Shown here: positions 23,168-30,613 of the stretch, piece after piece
Layout of the letters: the number at the start of each line of letters is the position of its first letter
How positions within the stretch are numbered: position 1 is the stretch's first letter
Assembly (NCBI GenBank): GCA_016183675.1
Contig: JACPEF010000227.1
Location: 1 to 45,023, forward strand
DNA length: 45,023 nucleotides
DNA from: Betaproteobacteria bacterium
GTDB lineage: Bacteria; Pseudomonadota; Gammaproteobacteria; Burkholderiales; SG8-41
Reading direction: 5' to 3'
Position numbers and translations under genes: made by a program
The notes under the pieces: model-generated
The model's database searches: none
What the model saw: only the letters and a program-made list of their open reading frames with translations
Told to the model about the DNA's origin: nothing

Positions 23168-23823
23168 TTGCCTGCCTCGACGCCGCTCACCAGCACGCCG
23201 AGCAGGCCGTACAGCGACAGCTGGAAGCCGCCGCCGCTCGGCGCCGTGGCGAGAAGCCTGTCACCGAGGTAGTCCTTGCCGATCGCGGTCGGCGGCAGGT
23301 CCACCTCGAGCTCGGGGATCGCGCGGGCGACCCAGGCGGTGAAGGTGTTGGAATTCGGTCCCGGCCAGATGGAGTATTCCCCAGCATAGGGGTATTCGCG
23401 GGCGGCTTTGTCGATGCGCCCGATCAGCGCGTCCACCCCGTCTCCGCGCTTCTCGGCCAGGAGCTCCGGCGCGTTTCCGTACCAGCGCGCATCGGGCTCG
23501 CGCTCGTGGATCGCCAACGCGGTATCGTTCCAGCGCAGGCGCCAGCCGATCACCTCGTAGATCGTGTAGCGCTTCGCGCCGGCCGGCTTGACCGCGATCC
23601 AGGAGTGGACGCTGAAATAGCCGCGCCAGCCCCAGGTGCGCGCGGCGTAGACCTGGACGACGGCCTCCGGCGTTGCCGCCGGGTGGGGCGCGAGGCCGAC
23701 CGGCTCGCTGCTCGCAGTGCGCCAATCCCCCGGCCCCGCGCCGCCGCCCGGGAGGACCACGAGCGCCACGAGGCTCGCGAGGACCAAGATGGAGAGAAGT
23801 AGCATGGAGCCTCGCATTTTCAT
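23062..23823 (-). CDS. DUF3750-family membrane-anchored protein with a MITE-encoded C-terminal tail
   Basis: ATG at 23823 (MKMRGSMLLLSILVLASLVALVVL). The core (VQVYAARTWGWRGYFSVHSWIAVKP...YEVIGW...WPGPNSNTF) is as I recall for DUF3750. From codon GKCRSNYFE onward the reading frame is MITE sequence. The stop is the CTAG at 23062. Confidence 0.7.
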   Translation of the reverse strand: MKMRGSMLLLSILVLASLVALVVLPGGGAGPGDWRTASSEPVGLAPHPAATPEAVVQVYAARTWGWRGYFSVHSWIAVKPAGAKRYTIYEVIGWRLRWNDTALAIHEREPDARWYGNAPELLAEKRGDGVDALIGRIDKAAREYPYAGEYSIWPGPNSNTFTAWVARAIPELEVDLPPTAIGKDYLGDRLLATAPSGGGFQLSLYGLLGVLVSGVEAGKCRSNYFELSVMRDRGTIFSRRVLVVIRPIKLERG

Positions 23824-23830
23824 TTTAAAA

Positions 23831-24098
23831 GCGTGACTGGTGAATCGTGCCCAGTGACTCGAAAAGCCGTCAGATCGGGAGGTCGGGAGGGCGGGAGATC
23901 GTGAGACCGAAAAGACGGGAGATCGTGAGATCGGGAAGTCGTGAAAGGGAACTTCCATCTCCCGCGCTCACGCACTCACGCCCTCACGGATTTTGTGGCT
24001 CTCACGCCCTCACGGATTTTGTCGCCCTCACGCGCTCACGCTCTAACGCTCTAACGGAACTTGTCGCTCTCACGCTCTCACGCTCTCCCGCACTCACC
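23831..24098 (+). repeat. Type II composite 8-mer element, copy 1 (about 268 bp)
   Basis: GTGAC-like units (23831-23860), then GGGAGATCGTGAGA-type 8-mers (23871-23950), a centre GGGAACTTCCATCTCCC, then CTCACGCN 8-mers with three copies of the word CCCTCACGGAnnTTGTCGC (23963-24098). It ends on the stop codon of the downstream minus-strand gene. Confidence 0.8.
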
Positions 24099-24687
24099 TC
24101 TTGTGTTTGCCGATGCGCCAGCCGTGGCGAGCGAGATGCTGCTCGCCGAACGCCACCGGCTCCGCCTCGAGCGCGGGAGCGACGGTGTCGTTCCAGCGGT
24201 TTAGGAAACCGTTGATCGCCACCGCGCCCATGATCTCCACGATCTGCGCGTCGGTCCAGTGCCGCTTCATCCGCTCGAACAGCTCGTCGGTGACGGCGTT
24301 CGGCTGTGAGGCCGCGGCGACCGCGAAGTCGAGCGCGACGCGTTCGGCTTCGCTGTAGAGCGGGCTCGTTCGGTACTCGATCACCGCCTCGAGCTTCGCA
24401 TCGTTCACGCCGGCGCGGTGCGCCGCCTCGGCGGCGTGCGCCATGGAATAATTGCACCCGTGCGTGCGGCTCGCCATGTACGCCACGAGCCGCTTGAAGC
24501 CGATGTTCACCTCGCTCGCCGGGTCCCACACCGCGGAAGCGAGCTGGGCGAGCGCCTTCACGAGCTTCGGCTTGCGGCTCATGACGAGCGCGCTGTTGGG
24601 CACATAGCCCAGCAACCGCTTGAAGTTCTGGAAAGCTTCCTGCAGGTCGGGGTTCGCATCCGCCGGCAGCGGGTCCAGGCGTGCCAT
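24094..24687 (-). CDS. Carboxymuconolactone decarboxylase (AhpD-like) family protein
   Basis: ORF 24094..24693 has a GTG start overlapping the upstream stop as GTGA. I prefer the ATG at 24687, 5 nt after GGAG. The segment KRLVAYMASRTHGCNYSMAHAAE is typical of the CMD family. Confidence 0.85.
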   Translation of the reverse strand: MARLDPLPADANPDLQEAFQNFKRLLGYVPNSALVMSRKPKLVKALAQLASAVWDPASEVNIGFKRLVAYMASRTHGCNYSMAHAAEAAHRAGVNDAKLEAVIEYRTSPLYSEAERVALDFAVAAASQPNAVTDELFERMKRHWTDAQIVEIMGAVAINGFLNRWNDTVAPALEAEPVAFGEQHLARHGWRIGKHKR

Positions 24688-24689
24688 GC

Positions 24690-25667
24690 TCACTCCGCCA
24701 CCGCGCCGACGCTCTTCACGATCTTCGCCCAGAACTCGTTCTGCGTCTTCAGGAAGGCGGCGAATTCCTCGGGCGACTTGTTGGTGACGATTTCCGCGCC
24801 GCCCGTCTCCAGGCGCTTGACCACTTCCGGGTCCTCCATCGTCTTGATCATCACGGAATAGAGCCTGTTCACGATCGGCCGCGGCGTGTCCTTGGGCACG
24901 TACATCGCCTGCCAGGAGCCAAGCTTCAGCTCGGGGAACCCCGACTCCGCCATGGTCGGCACCTGCGGCAGGGCAGGTGAGCGCTTCGGCGCCATGACCG
25001 CGAGCACCTTGGCCCTGCCGGTCTTCACGTGCGGGATGAACGACGCGACGGTGACCATGGTCGCGGTGACCTCGCCGGCGAGCACCGCGGTGGTCGCCGC
25101 CCCGGCACCGCCCTTGTAGGGGATGTGCACGAGCTGGATGCCGGCCTTGTTCATGAAGAACTCGAACGCGAGGCGCTGAGCGCTACCGGCGCCCGCGGAT
25201 CCGTAGTTGAGCTGCCCCGGACGCGCCTTGGCGTAGTCGATGAACTCCTTCACCGTGTTGGCCGGCACCGACGGATGCGTCGCGAAGGCCCCCGGCACGT
25301 CCACGAGGAGCGTCAGCCCGAAGAAGTCACGCACCGGCTTCACGGGAAACTTCGGGAAGACGCTCGGGTTGATCGCCGTCGTGCCGACGTTGCCGAGGAA
25401 GAGGGTGTAGCCGTCCGGGGCGGCGCGCGCGGCGATCTCGACACCGATGTTACCGGAGGCGCCCGCGCGGTTGTCCACCACGACCTGCTGTCCCAGCAGC
25501 TCGCTCATCCTGGGCTGGATGATGCGTGCAACGAAGTCCGAGGAGCCGCCGGGGTTGAACGGCACGATCATGCGCACCGGCCGCGCCGGGTAGCTTTGCG
25601 CGTGCGCCGCGCCCGCGGCGAGCAGGCAGACGAGGACGGTCAGGATGCGTTGCGACAGGGGCTTCAT
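24690..25667 (-). CDS. Bug/TctC-family periplasmic solute-binding protein (5 of 10)
   Basis: 325-aa ORF with AGGAGGAAACC RBS. MKPLSQRILTVLVCLLAAGAAHAQSYPARPVRMIVPFNPGGSSD. Adjacent to or overlapping the CMD gene, so probably an operon. Confidence 0.9.
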   Translation of the reverse strand: MKPLSQRILTVLVCLLAAGAAHAQSYPARPVRMIVPFNPGGSSDFVARIIQPRMSELLGQQVVVDNRAGASGNIGVEIAARAAPDGYTLFLGNVGTTAINPSVFPKFPVKPVRDFFGLTLLVDVPGAFATHPSVPANTVKEFIDYAKARPGQLNYGSAGAGSAQRLAFEFFMNKAGIQLVHIPYKGGAGAATTAVLAGEVTATMVTVASFIPHVKTGRAKVLAVMAPKRSPALPQVPTMAESGFPELKLGSWQAMYVPKDTPRPIVNRLYSVMIKTMEDPEVVKRLETGGAEIVTNKSPEEFAAFLKTQNEFWAKIVKSVGAVAE

Positions 25668-25730
25668 GGTTTCCTCCTGGTGCGGTCGGGTTCCGGCCCA
25701 ATCAGCTGGTTCAGCGGCAGCCGAACTTGT

Positions 25731-25836
25731 CCGTCTGGAACCGGCGGACTTAATCGGGCGCTTCTCGCCCGAGCACCCGCCGGTTGAGCGGCGGTCCGCC
25801 GCCCGTCTCGAACCGGCGGACTTAATCGGGCGCTTC
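25731..25836. repeat. Two 34-bp direct repeats (1 mismatch), 72 bp apart
   Basis: CCGTCTGGAACCGGCGGACTTAATCGGGCGCTTC (25731-25764) and CCGTCTCGAACCGGCGGACTTAATCGGGCGCTTC (25803-25836). Each overlaps a different hairpin: TCGGGCG-CTTCT-CGCCCGA in the first, and CTTAATCGGG-N10-CCCGATTAAG in the second. Confidence 0.7.
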
Positions 25837-25911
25837 GCGTCCCGATTAAGATGGAATTATGCGACAGGATCACTTATTTTTCCTCGCGTCCCTGGCGGTG
25901 AGAGGTCACGG

Positions 25912-26976
25912 TCACTCGCGTATCCGCTGGACCACGGCCTCGGCGAACGCGCGCGTGCCGAGCGGGCCGCCGAGGTCGCGCGTGCGCGTCTCCGGTCTTT
26001 CGAGCATCGCATCCACGGATTCCTGCAAGCAGCGCGCCGCCTGCGCGAGCTTCTCGTCACCGGTCTTGGTGCCCGCGTGCTCGAACAGCATCGCCGTGGA
26101 GAGCATGAGCGAGGTCGGATTGGCGACGTCCTTGCCGGCGATGTCGGGCGCGGAACCGTGCCCGGCCTGCGCCACCGCGCAGTCATCGCCGTGGTTGAGC
26201 GAGGCCGCAAGCCCGAGGCTGCCCGCGAGCTCCGAGGCCTCGTCGGTCAGGATGTCGCCGAACATGTTGGGGATGAGCAGGACATCAAAGCGCTCGGGGG
26301 TGCGCACGAGCAGCGCCGCCACCGCGTCCACGAGCAGATCGTCCACCTGGATTTCCGGATACTCCCTCGCCACCTCCTTCGCGCTGTCGAGGAAGAGCCC
26401 GTTGTAGAGCTTGAGCACCGGCGCCTTGTGCACGACGGTGAGCCGCTTCCGCGGGCGCCGGCGCGCGAGCTCGCAGGCGACGCGCGCGGCGCGGCGCGTG
26501 CCTTCCGCGGTGATCTTCCCCACCGCGAGCACGATGCCGGGCGTCGGCATGAACTCGCCCACTCCCGCGTGCATGTTGCGGTCCACGTAGAAATCCTCGA
26601 CGTTCTCGCGCACGAACACGAGGTCCATCTTCTTCGCCATCGAGGGCACGCCGGCGCGCGTGTAGCAGGGACGAACGTTGGCGTAGAGATTGAGCGCGGT
26701 GCGGTAGCGCGCCGAAACGTTGATCCCGCCCTGGGCGACCGGCGGATACTGGGCGACCGACATCGGCCCGAGGATCACGCCGTCGGCGCGCCGCGCGGCC
26801 TCGACGTCCTCGTCGCGCATGGTGACGCCGTTCTTCTTCAGGCTCACCAGGCCGCTGTCGAGGTTCCGTATGCTCAACTTCAGCCCGAAGCGCTTCTCGA
26901 GCGCCCGCACCGTCACCATCGTGGCGTCGGTGATCTCGGGCCCGATGCCGTCGCCGGGGACTACGATCAGGTTCAT
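25912..26976 (-). CDS. Isocitrate/isopropylmalate dehydrogenase-family enzyme (3-IPM / tartrate dehydrogenase-like)
   Basis: The C-terminal 354 aa of ORF 25912..27882. ATG at 26976 after GGAAGGAAAAG. MNLIVVPGDGIGPEI and NMFGDILTDEASELAGSLGLAASLN motifs. The longer ORF would overlap the next Bug gene. Confidence 0.9.
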   Translation of the reverse strand: MNLIVVPGDGIGPEITDATMVTVRALEKRFGLKLSIRNLDSGLVSLKKNGVTMRDEDVEAARRADGVILGPMSVAQYPPVAQGGINVSARYRTALNLYANVRPCYTRAGVPSMAKKMDLVFVRENVEDFYVDRNMHAGVGEFMPTPGIVLAVGKITAEGTRRAARVACELARRRPRKRLTVVHKAPVLKLYNGLFLDSAKEVAREYPEIQVDDLLVDAVAALLVRTPERFDVLLIPNMFGDILTDEASELAGSLGLAASLNHGDDCAVAQAGHGSAPDIAGKDVANPTSLMLSTAMLFEHAGTKTGDEKLAQAARCLQESVDAMLERPETRTRDLGGPLGTRAFAEAVVQRIRE

Positions 26977-27074
26977 TGCCAGCTTTTCCTTCCGCTCATA
27001 TTCAGTGGTTGAGTGACCGTGTGATAAGGCTGGCCCCCCGCTCGTTACCGGTCGCTCGCCACCGGTCACCGTTC

Positions 27075-28082
27075 TTAATACATCTGCTCCGCCTTGATCC
27101 CCGCGTCCCGGATGAGCTTGGACCACTTCTCCATCTCGGAGCGGATGAACGCGGCGAATTCCGGCGGCGTGCTGCCGACCGGCTCGAAGCCGAAGTTTGC
27201 GAGCCGCGCCTTGGTCTCGGGCAGGTGCAGAATTTTCGCGAGTTCCGCCTGGAGCTTCGCGACGATGCGGGGCGGGGTCTTGCCCGGCGCGAGCATGGCG
27301 CCCCACGCGTCCACCGCGTAGCCCGTGAGCCCGCTCTCCGAAAGCGTCGGCACGTCCGGCAGCTCGGTCGAGCGCGCGAGGCTCGTCGTCGCGAGCGCGC
27401 GGAGCCGGCCCGCGCGCACGTGCGGTATCGCGGGCGCGACCTGCGTGAAGAGCATCTGCACTTCCCCGCTCAGCACCGCCGCGGTCGAGGCGCCCGCCCC
27501 CTTGTAGGCCACGCCGACCATGTTCAAGCCCGCCATCTTCTTGAACAGCTCGACCGACAGGTGCCCGCCGGTGCCGACGCCGGAGTGGGCGTAGGTGAGG
27601 CTCCCCGGCTTCGATTTCGCGAGCGCGAGCAGCTCCTTGATCGTTTTCGAGGCGAGCGACGGGTGGGAGACGAGAACGTGCGTGGTCTTGCCGAGCACCG
27701 TGACCGGCGCAAAGTCCTTCACCGTGTCGTAGGGGAGCTTCCGGTAGAGGAACGGGTTGACCGTGTAGCCGGTCGCGACGATCAGCAGCGTGTGCCCGTC
27801 CGGCGCCGCGCGCGCGACGATCTCGGAGCCGATGATGCCGCCGGCTCCGGGACGGTTGTCCACCACGACCTGCTGGCGCCACGACTCGGTGAGCTTCGGC
27901 GCGATCAGCCGCCCGAGGAAATCATTGCCCCCGCCGGGGGTGGAGGGAATGACGATCCGGATCGGTCGCGCAGGATAAGCCGCCGCCGGGTCCGCGCCCT
28001 TCGGTTGCGCCGCCTGGCCGGCGCCCACCCCGGTGCCGCACAGGGCGACGGCAAAGGAAACAACCTTCCAGAATGTGGGCAT
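27075..28082 (-). CDS. Bug/TctC-family periplasmic solute-binding protein (6 of 10)
   Basis: The ATG at 28082 has better GGAGG spacing than the GTG at 28085. MPTFWKVVSFAVALCGTGVGAGQAA...YPARPIRIVIPSTPGGGND. Confidence 0.9.
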   Translation of the reverse strand: MPTFWKVVSFAVALCGTGVGAGQAAQPKGADPAAAYPARPIRIVIPSTPGGGNDFLGRLIAPKLTESWRQQVVVDNRPGAGGIIGSEIVARAAPDGHTLLIVATGYTVNPFLYRKLPYDTVKDFAPVTVLGKTTHVLVSHPSLASKTIKELLALAKSKPGSLTYAHSGVGTGGHLSVELFKKMAGLNMVGVAYKGAGASTAAVLSGEVQMLFTQVAPAIPHVRAGRLRALATTSLARSTELPDVPTLSESGLTGYAVDAWGAMLAPGKTPPRIVAKLQAELAKILHLPETKARLANFGFEPVGSTPPEFAAFIRSEMEKWSKLIRDAGIKAEQMY

Positions 28083-28140
28083 CACTCTTCCTCCTCGCGT
28101 TGTGCCTCTACCTTATCACCGTTTCCCTCGTCCCTCACGG

Positions 28141-28330
28141 CCAGTGACGTGACCAGTGGCGGGCGACGGGAAATCGCTGCGAACCGTGAGTCGGGAGATC
28201 GTGAGATCCGGGAGCCGTGAGATCGTCAAATCGGGAGATCGTGAGGAGGTATTCCCTTCTCTCGCGCTCACGCTCTTACGCCCTCACGGAATTTGTCGCT
28301 CTCCCGCTCTGACGCTCTCGCGGCCTCACG
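28141..28330 (+). repeat. Type II composite 8-mer element, copy 2 (about 190 bp)
   Basis: CCAGTGACGTGACCAGTGG, then GGGAGATCGTGAGATCCGGGAGCCGTGAGATCGTCAAATCGGGAGATCGTGAGG, a centre AGGTATTCCC, then CGCGCTCACGCTCTTACGCCCTCACGGAATTTGTCGCTCTCCCGCTCTGACGCTCTCGCGGCCTCACG. Confidence 0.8.
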
Positions 28331-28374
28331 TCGGACTTCCGGCGCCCCTCATTCCCCCTCATCCCTCCGCGGTC

Positions 28375-28413
28375 CGCGCGTTGAACGGCGCCCTGCGTCC
28401 GTTCGAACGCGCG
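28375..28413. repeat. GTTGAACGG / CCGTTCGAAC palindrome, copy 2
   Basis: CGCGCGTTGAACGG (28375-28388) and CCGTTCGAACGCGCG (28399-28413). Compare with 18098-18138. Confidence 0.6.
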
Positions 28414-28539
28414 GAAATAAAGCGGCGGGTTGGTCCGTCCGCTTTATTCGGGAATAGAATGGCGACCCGGCCTGTTTATCGTGAGGCCTGCAAGGGCCCA
28501 AGGGCCGACCGGCTCGATCGAACATCCTGGAAGAGACAC

Positions 28540-29118
28540 ATGAATAAGCTCCGTTTTGCATGGCTTTTCAGCGCGCTTGCCCTGGTGGCCACCGCCGCCG
28601 ACGCCCAGACCGCGATGCGGGTGCGCGGCGCCATCACCGCCGTCGACGACAACGTGCTTTCGGTGAAATCCGCAGACGGCAGGAACGTGGCCATCCACCT
28701 CGCGGAAAAAACCGTCATCGTCTTCACCCAGCCGATTGCGCTCGGCGACATCAAGCCGGGCGACTTCCTCGGCGTCACCTCGTTGAGGCGCGACGACGGC
28801 ACCCTCACGGCGGTCGAGGTGCGCCGGTTTCCCAAGCCCCTCAACCCGGGCCACCGGCCCTTCGATGGCCGGAGCGATCAGACCATGACCAACGCCACGG
28901 TGTCCGCGATGGTCCAGTCCGGCAGCGGCCGCGAGCTGACCCTCGTCTACCCGGACGGGTCGCAGAAGATCGTCGTGCCGGAAAACGCGTCGATCTCGAT
29001 GCTCGTCCCGGGGGAGCGCTCGCAGCTCGTGCCCGGCGCGGCCGTGAACCTGACCGCCGCGCCCGGTGACGACGGCACAATGATCGCGCGGCGCATCCAG
29101 GTAAGCCCGGTCCGGTAG
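28540..29118 (+). CDS. Secreted beta-rich protein (two DUF5666-like repeats)
   Basis: ATG at 28540 inside ORF 28156..29118. Signal peptide MNKLRFAWLFSALALVATAADAQ. Repeated pattern G.IT.V....L.V...DG..V.......T.I........L.D.K.GD. The family call is tentative. Confidence 0.6.
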   Translation: MNKLRFAWLFSALALVATAADAQTAMRVRGAITAVDDNVLSVKSADGRNVAIHLAEKTVIVFTQPIALGDIKPGDFLGVTSLRRDDGTLTAVEVRRFPKPLNPGHRPFDGRSDQTMTNATVSAMVQSGSGRELTLVYPDGSQKIVVPENASISMLVPGERSQLVPGAAVNLTAAPGDDGTMIARRIQVSPVR

Positions 29119-29137
29119 CCGCGGCAGCTCTGGTAAG

Positions 29138-29232
29138 GCGTGACGGGTGACCAAGGTCTTGTTCAAAGTTCAAAGTTCAAAGTTGCACGATGAACCCTGA
29201 ACCTTGAACGTTGAACCTGGAACCTGGAACAG
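29138..29232 (+). repeat. Type I modular element, full copy (GTGAC - GTCTT - GTTCAAA x3 - loop - GAACCTN x6)
   Basis: GCGTGACGGGTGACCAAGGTCTTGTTCAAAGTTCAAAGTTCAAAGTTGCACGATGAACCCTGAACCTTGAACGTTGAACCTGGAACCTGGAACAG. Begins 19 nt after the stop of the upstream + gene. Alignable with 32731-32848 on the minus strand. Confidence 0.8.
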
Positions 29233-29249
29233 CTCCTTCCCTCCGCCCT

Positions 29250-29288
29250 CAAAAACAGAACGCCGGCGAACCCGAAGGCTCCCGGCGT
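29250..29288 (-). terminator. Candidate rho-independent terminator (minus strand), about 260 nt downstream of the Bug gene stop
   Basis: Minus strand: ACGCCGG-GAGCCTTCGGGTTCG-CCGGCGT followed by TCTGTTTTTG. Confidence 0.5.
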
Positions 29289-29544
29289 CCGGCCGACTCT
29301 TGCCGTGCCATGCCGTTTACACCCCTATTGGGTACCGGATGCCATGGCGGCACCGGCCGGCGAGCACGGCAGCTGCCAAAAAGCAGCTTCGTTTGACCGG
29401 CTCGAGGGAGGGGGCCCTCACCGGCCATCGTCCCCGCGCCAGAGTATTACCCGGGGTCGGCACCCGGTTCTCCGGGGCAGCGCGAGGCAATTCCCTTTCT
29501 ACGCCTGTCCCGCCGGCGAGTTTTTGATCTGCGTCAAATTCCCG

Positions 29545-30522
29545 TCAATCAGCGCGGATGTTGTTCTCGCGCACCACTTTCCCCCAGCGCTCGATCTCGC
29601 TGATGAGGAATTTCTGCAGCGCCGCGGGGCTGCTGAGGGCGAGGTCCATGCCGAGCGTCTCGGTCATCTGCTTGCGCACGTCCGGCGCGTTGAACGCCTT
29701 GACCACCTCGGCGTGGAACTTGTCGAGGATCGGCTTGGGTATGCCGGCGGCCGTGAAGATCGCCCACCACGCGAGCGCCGAGAAGCCCGGGAAGCCCTGC
29801 TCCGCGAGCGCCGGCACGTCGGGCAACGCGTGCGATCGCTTGTCGCCGGTGACGGCGATGGCGCGCAGCTTGCCGCCCTTCACGTGCGGCGTGAGCAGCG
29901 CCACCGTGCCGATGGCGATCTCGACGTGGCCGCCGAGCGCGTCCACGGTCATCGGCCCGCCGCCCTTGTAGGGCACGTGCACGATCTTGAAGCCGCCCGC
30001 CTGCTGCACGAGCGTCACCGTCAGGTGCCCGAGGCTGCCGCTGCCGATCGAGCCGTAGGTGACCGTATCCGGCCTCGCTTTCGCCGCCTTGATCACGTCG
30101 CCGAAACCCCTGTACGGCTTCGCGGGATTGGTGACGATGGCCATCGGCGCGGTCCCGACCAGCATCACCGGCGCCAGGTCCTTCACGGTGTCGAATGGCA
30201 ACGGGATCAGCGACGGGTTGACCGCGTGCGTGTCGAAGACAAAGAGCCACGTGTAGCCGTCCGGCGACGCCTTGGCGGTGATCGCCGCCCCCATCGAGCC
30301 GGAGGCGCCCGGCCGGTTGTCCACGACGAACTGCTGGCCGAGCGACGCGTTGAGCTTGGCGCCCACCATGCGTGCCATCGGATCGGTCGTGCCGCCCGGC
30401 GGGAACGGGACGATGAACCGCACCGGTCTCGTCGGCCAGTCGGTTTTCTGCGCAACGGCCGGAAGCGATGCAAGCGCGGCGAGTGCCGCGATCGCGACGC
30501 GAAACAAAATGGAACGCATCAT
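29545..30522 (-). CDS. Bug/TctC-family periplasmic solute-binding protein (7 of 10)
   Basis: ATG at 30522 after AGGAGAGAATC. MMRSILFRVAIAALAALASLPAVAQKTDWPTRPVRFIVPFPPGGTTD. The longer ORF to 30645 runs through the repeat arrays. Confidence 0.9.
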   Translation of the reverse strand: MMRSILFRVAIAALAALASLPAVAQKTDWPTRPVRFIVPFPPGGTTDPMARMVGAKLNASLGQQFVVDNRPGASGSMGAAITAKASPDGYTWLFVFDTHAVNPSLIPLPFDTVKDLAPVMLVGTAPMAIVTNPAKPYRGFGDVIKAAKARPDTVTYGSIGSGSLGHLTVTLVQQAGGFKIVHVPYKGGGPMTVDALGGHVEIAIGTVALLTPHVKGGKLRAIAVTGDKRSHALPDVPALAEQGFPGFSALAWWAIFTAAGIPKPILDKFHAEVVKAFNAPDVRKQMTETLGMDLALSSPAALQKFLISEIERWGKVVRENNIRAD

Positions 30523-30533
30523 GATTCTCTCCT

Positions 30534-30613
30534 GACGGGTGATGGGTGATGGGTGATGAGTGATCAGTGACGAGTGACGAACGCCATCTCCTTCTGCCTT
30601 CTGCCTTCCTTGC
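30534..30613. repeat. GGTGATG/AGTGACG heptamer array plus CCTTCTG module
   Basis: GACGGGTGATGGGTGATGGGTGATGAGTGATCAGTGACGAGTGACGAACG (30534-30583), then CCATCTCCTTCTGCCTTCTGCCTTCCTTGC (30584-30613). It fills the whole spacer between two minus-strand genes. Confidence 0.75.

Noticed and set aside
23831-24098. Type II composite repeats (all four copies) as CRISPR arrays
   Set aside because: The repeat units are only 8 nt (or degenerate about 19-25 nt words). They are variable and have no unique spacers of constant length. No cas genes or leader are present.
26977-27882. N-terminal extension of ORF 25912..27882 (656 aa)
   Set aside because: It overlaps the Bug-6 gene in another frame with Arg/Pro/Gly-rich nonsense. 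The dehydrogenase domain and RBS start at 26976.
29204-29527. 107-aa and 61-aa ORFs in the 426-bp convergent spacer
   Set aside because: The first codons are repeat-array sequence (NVEPGTWN). The composition is Arg/Pro-rich, and there is no RBS or family similarity.
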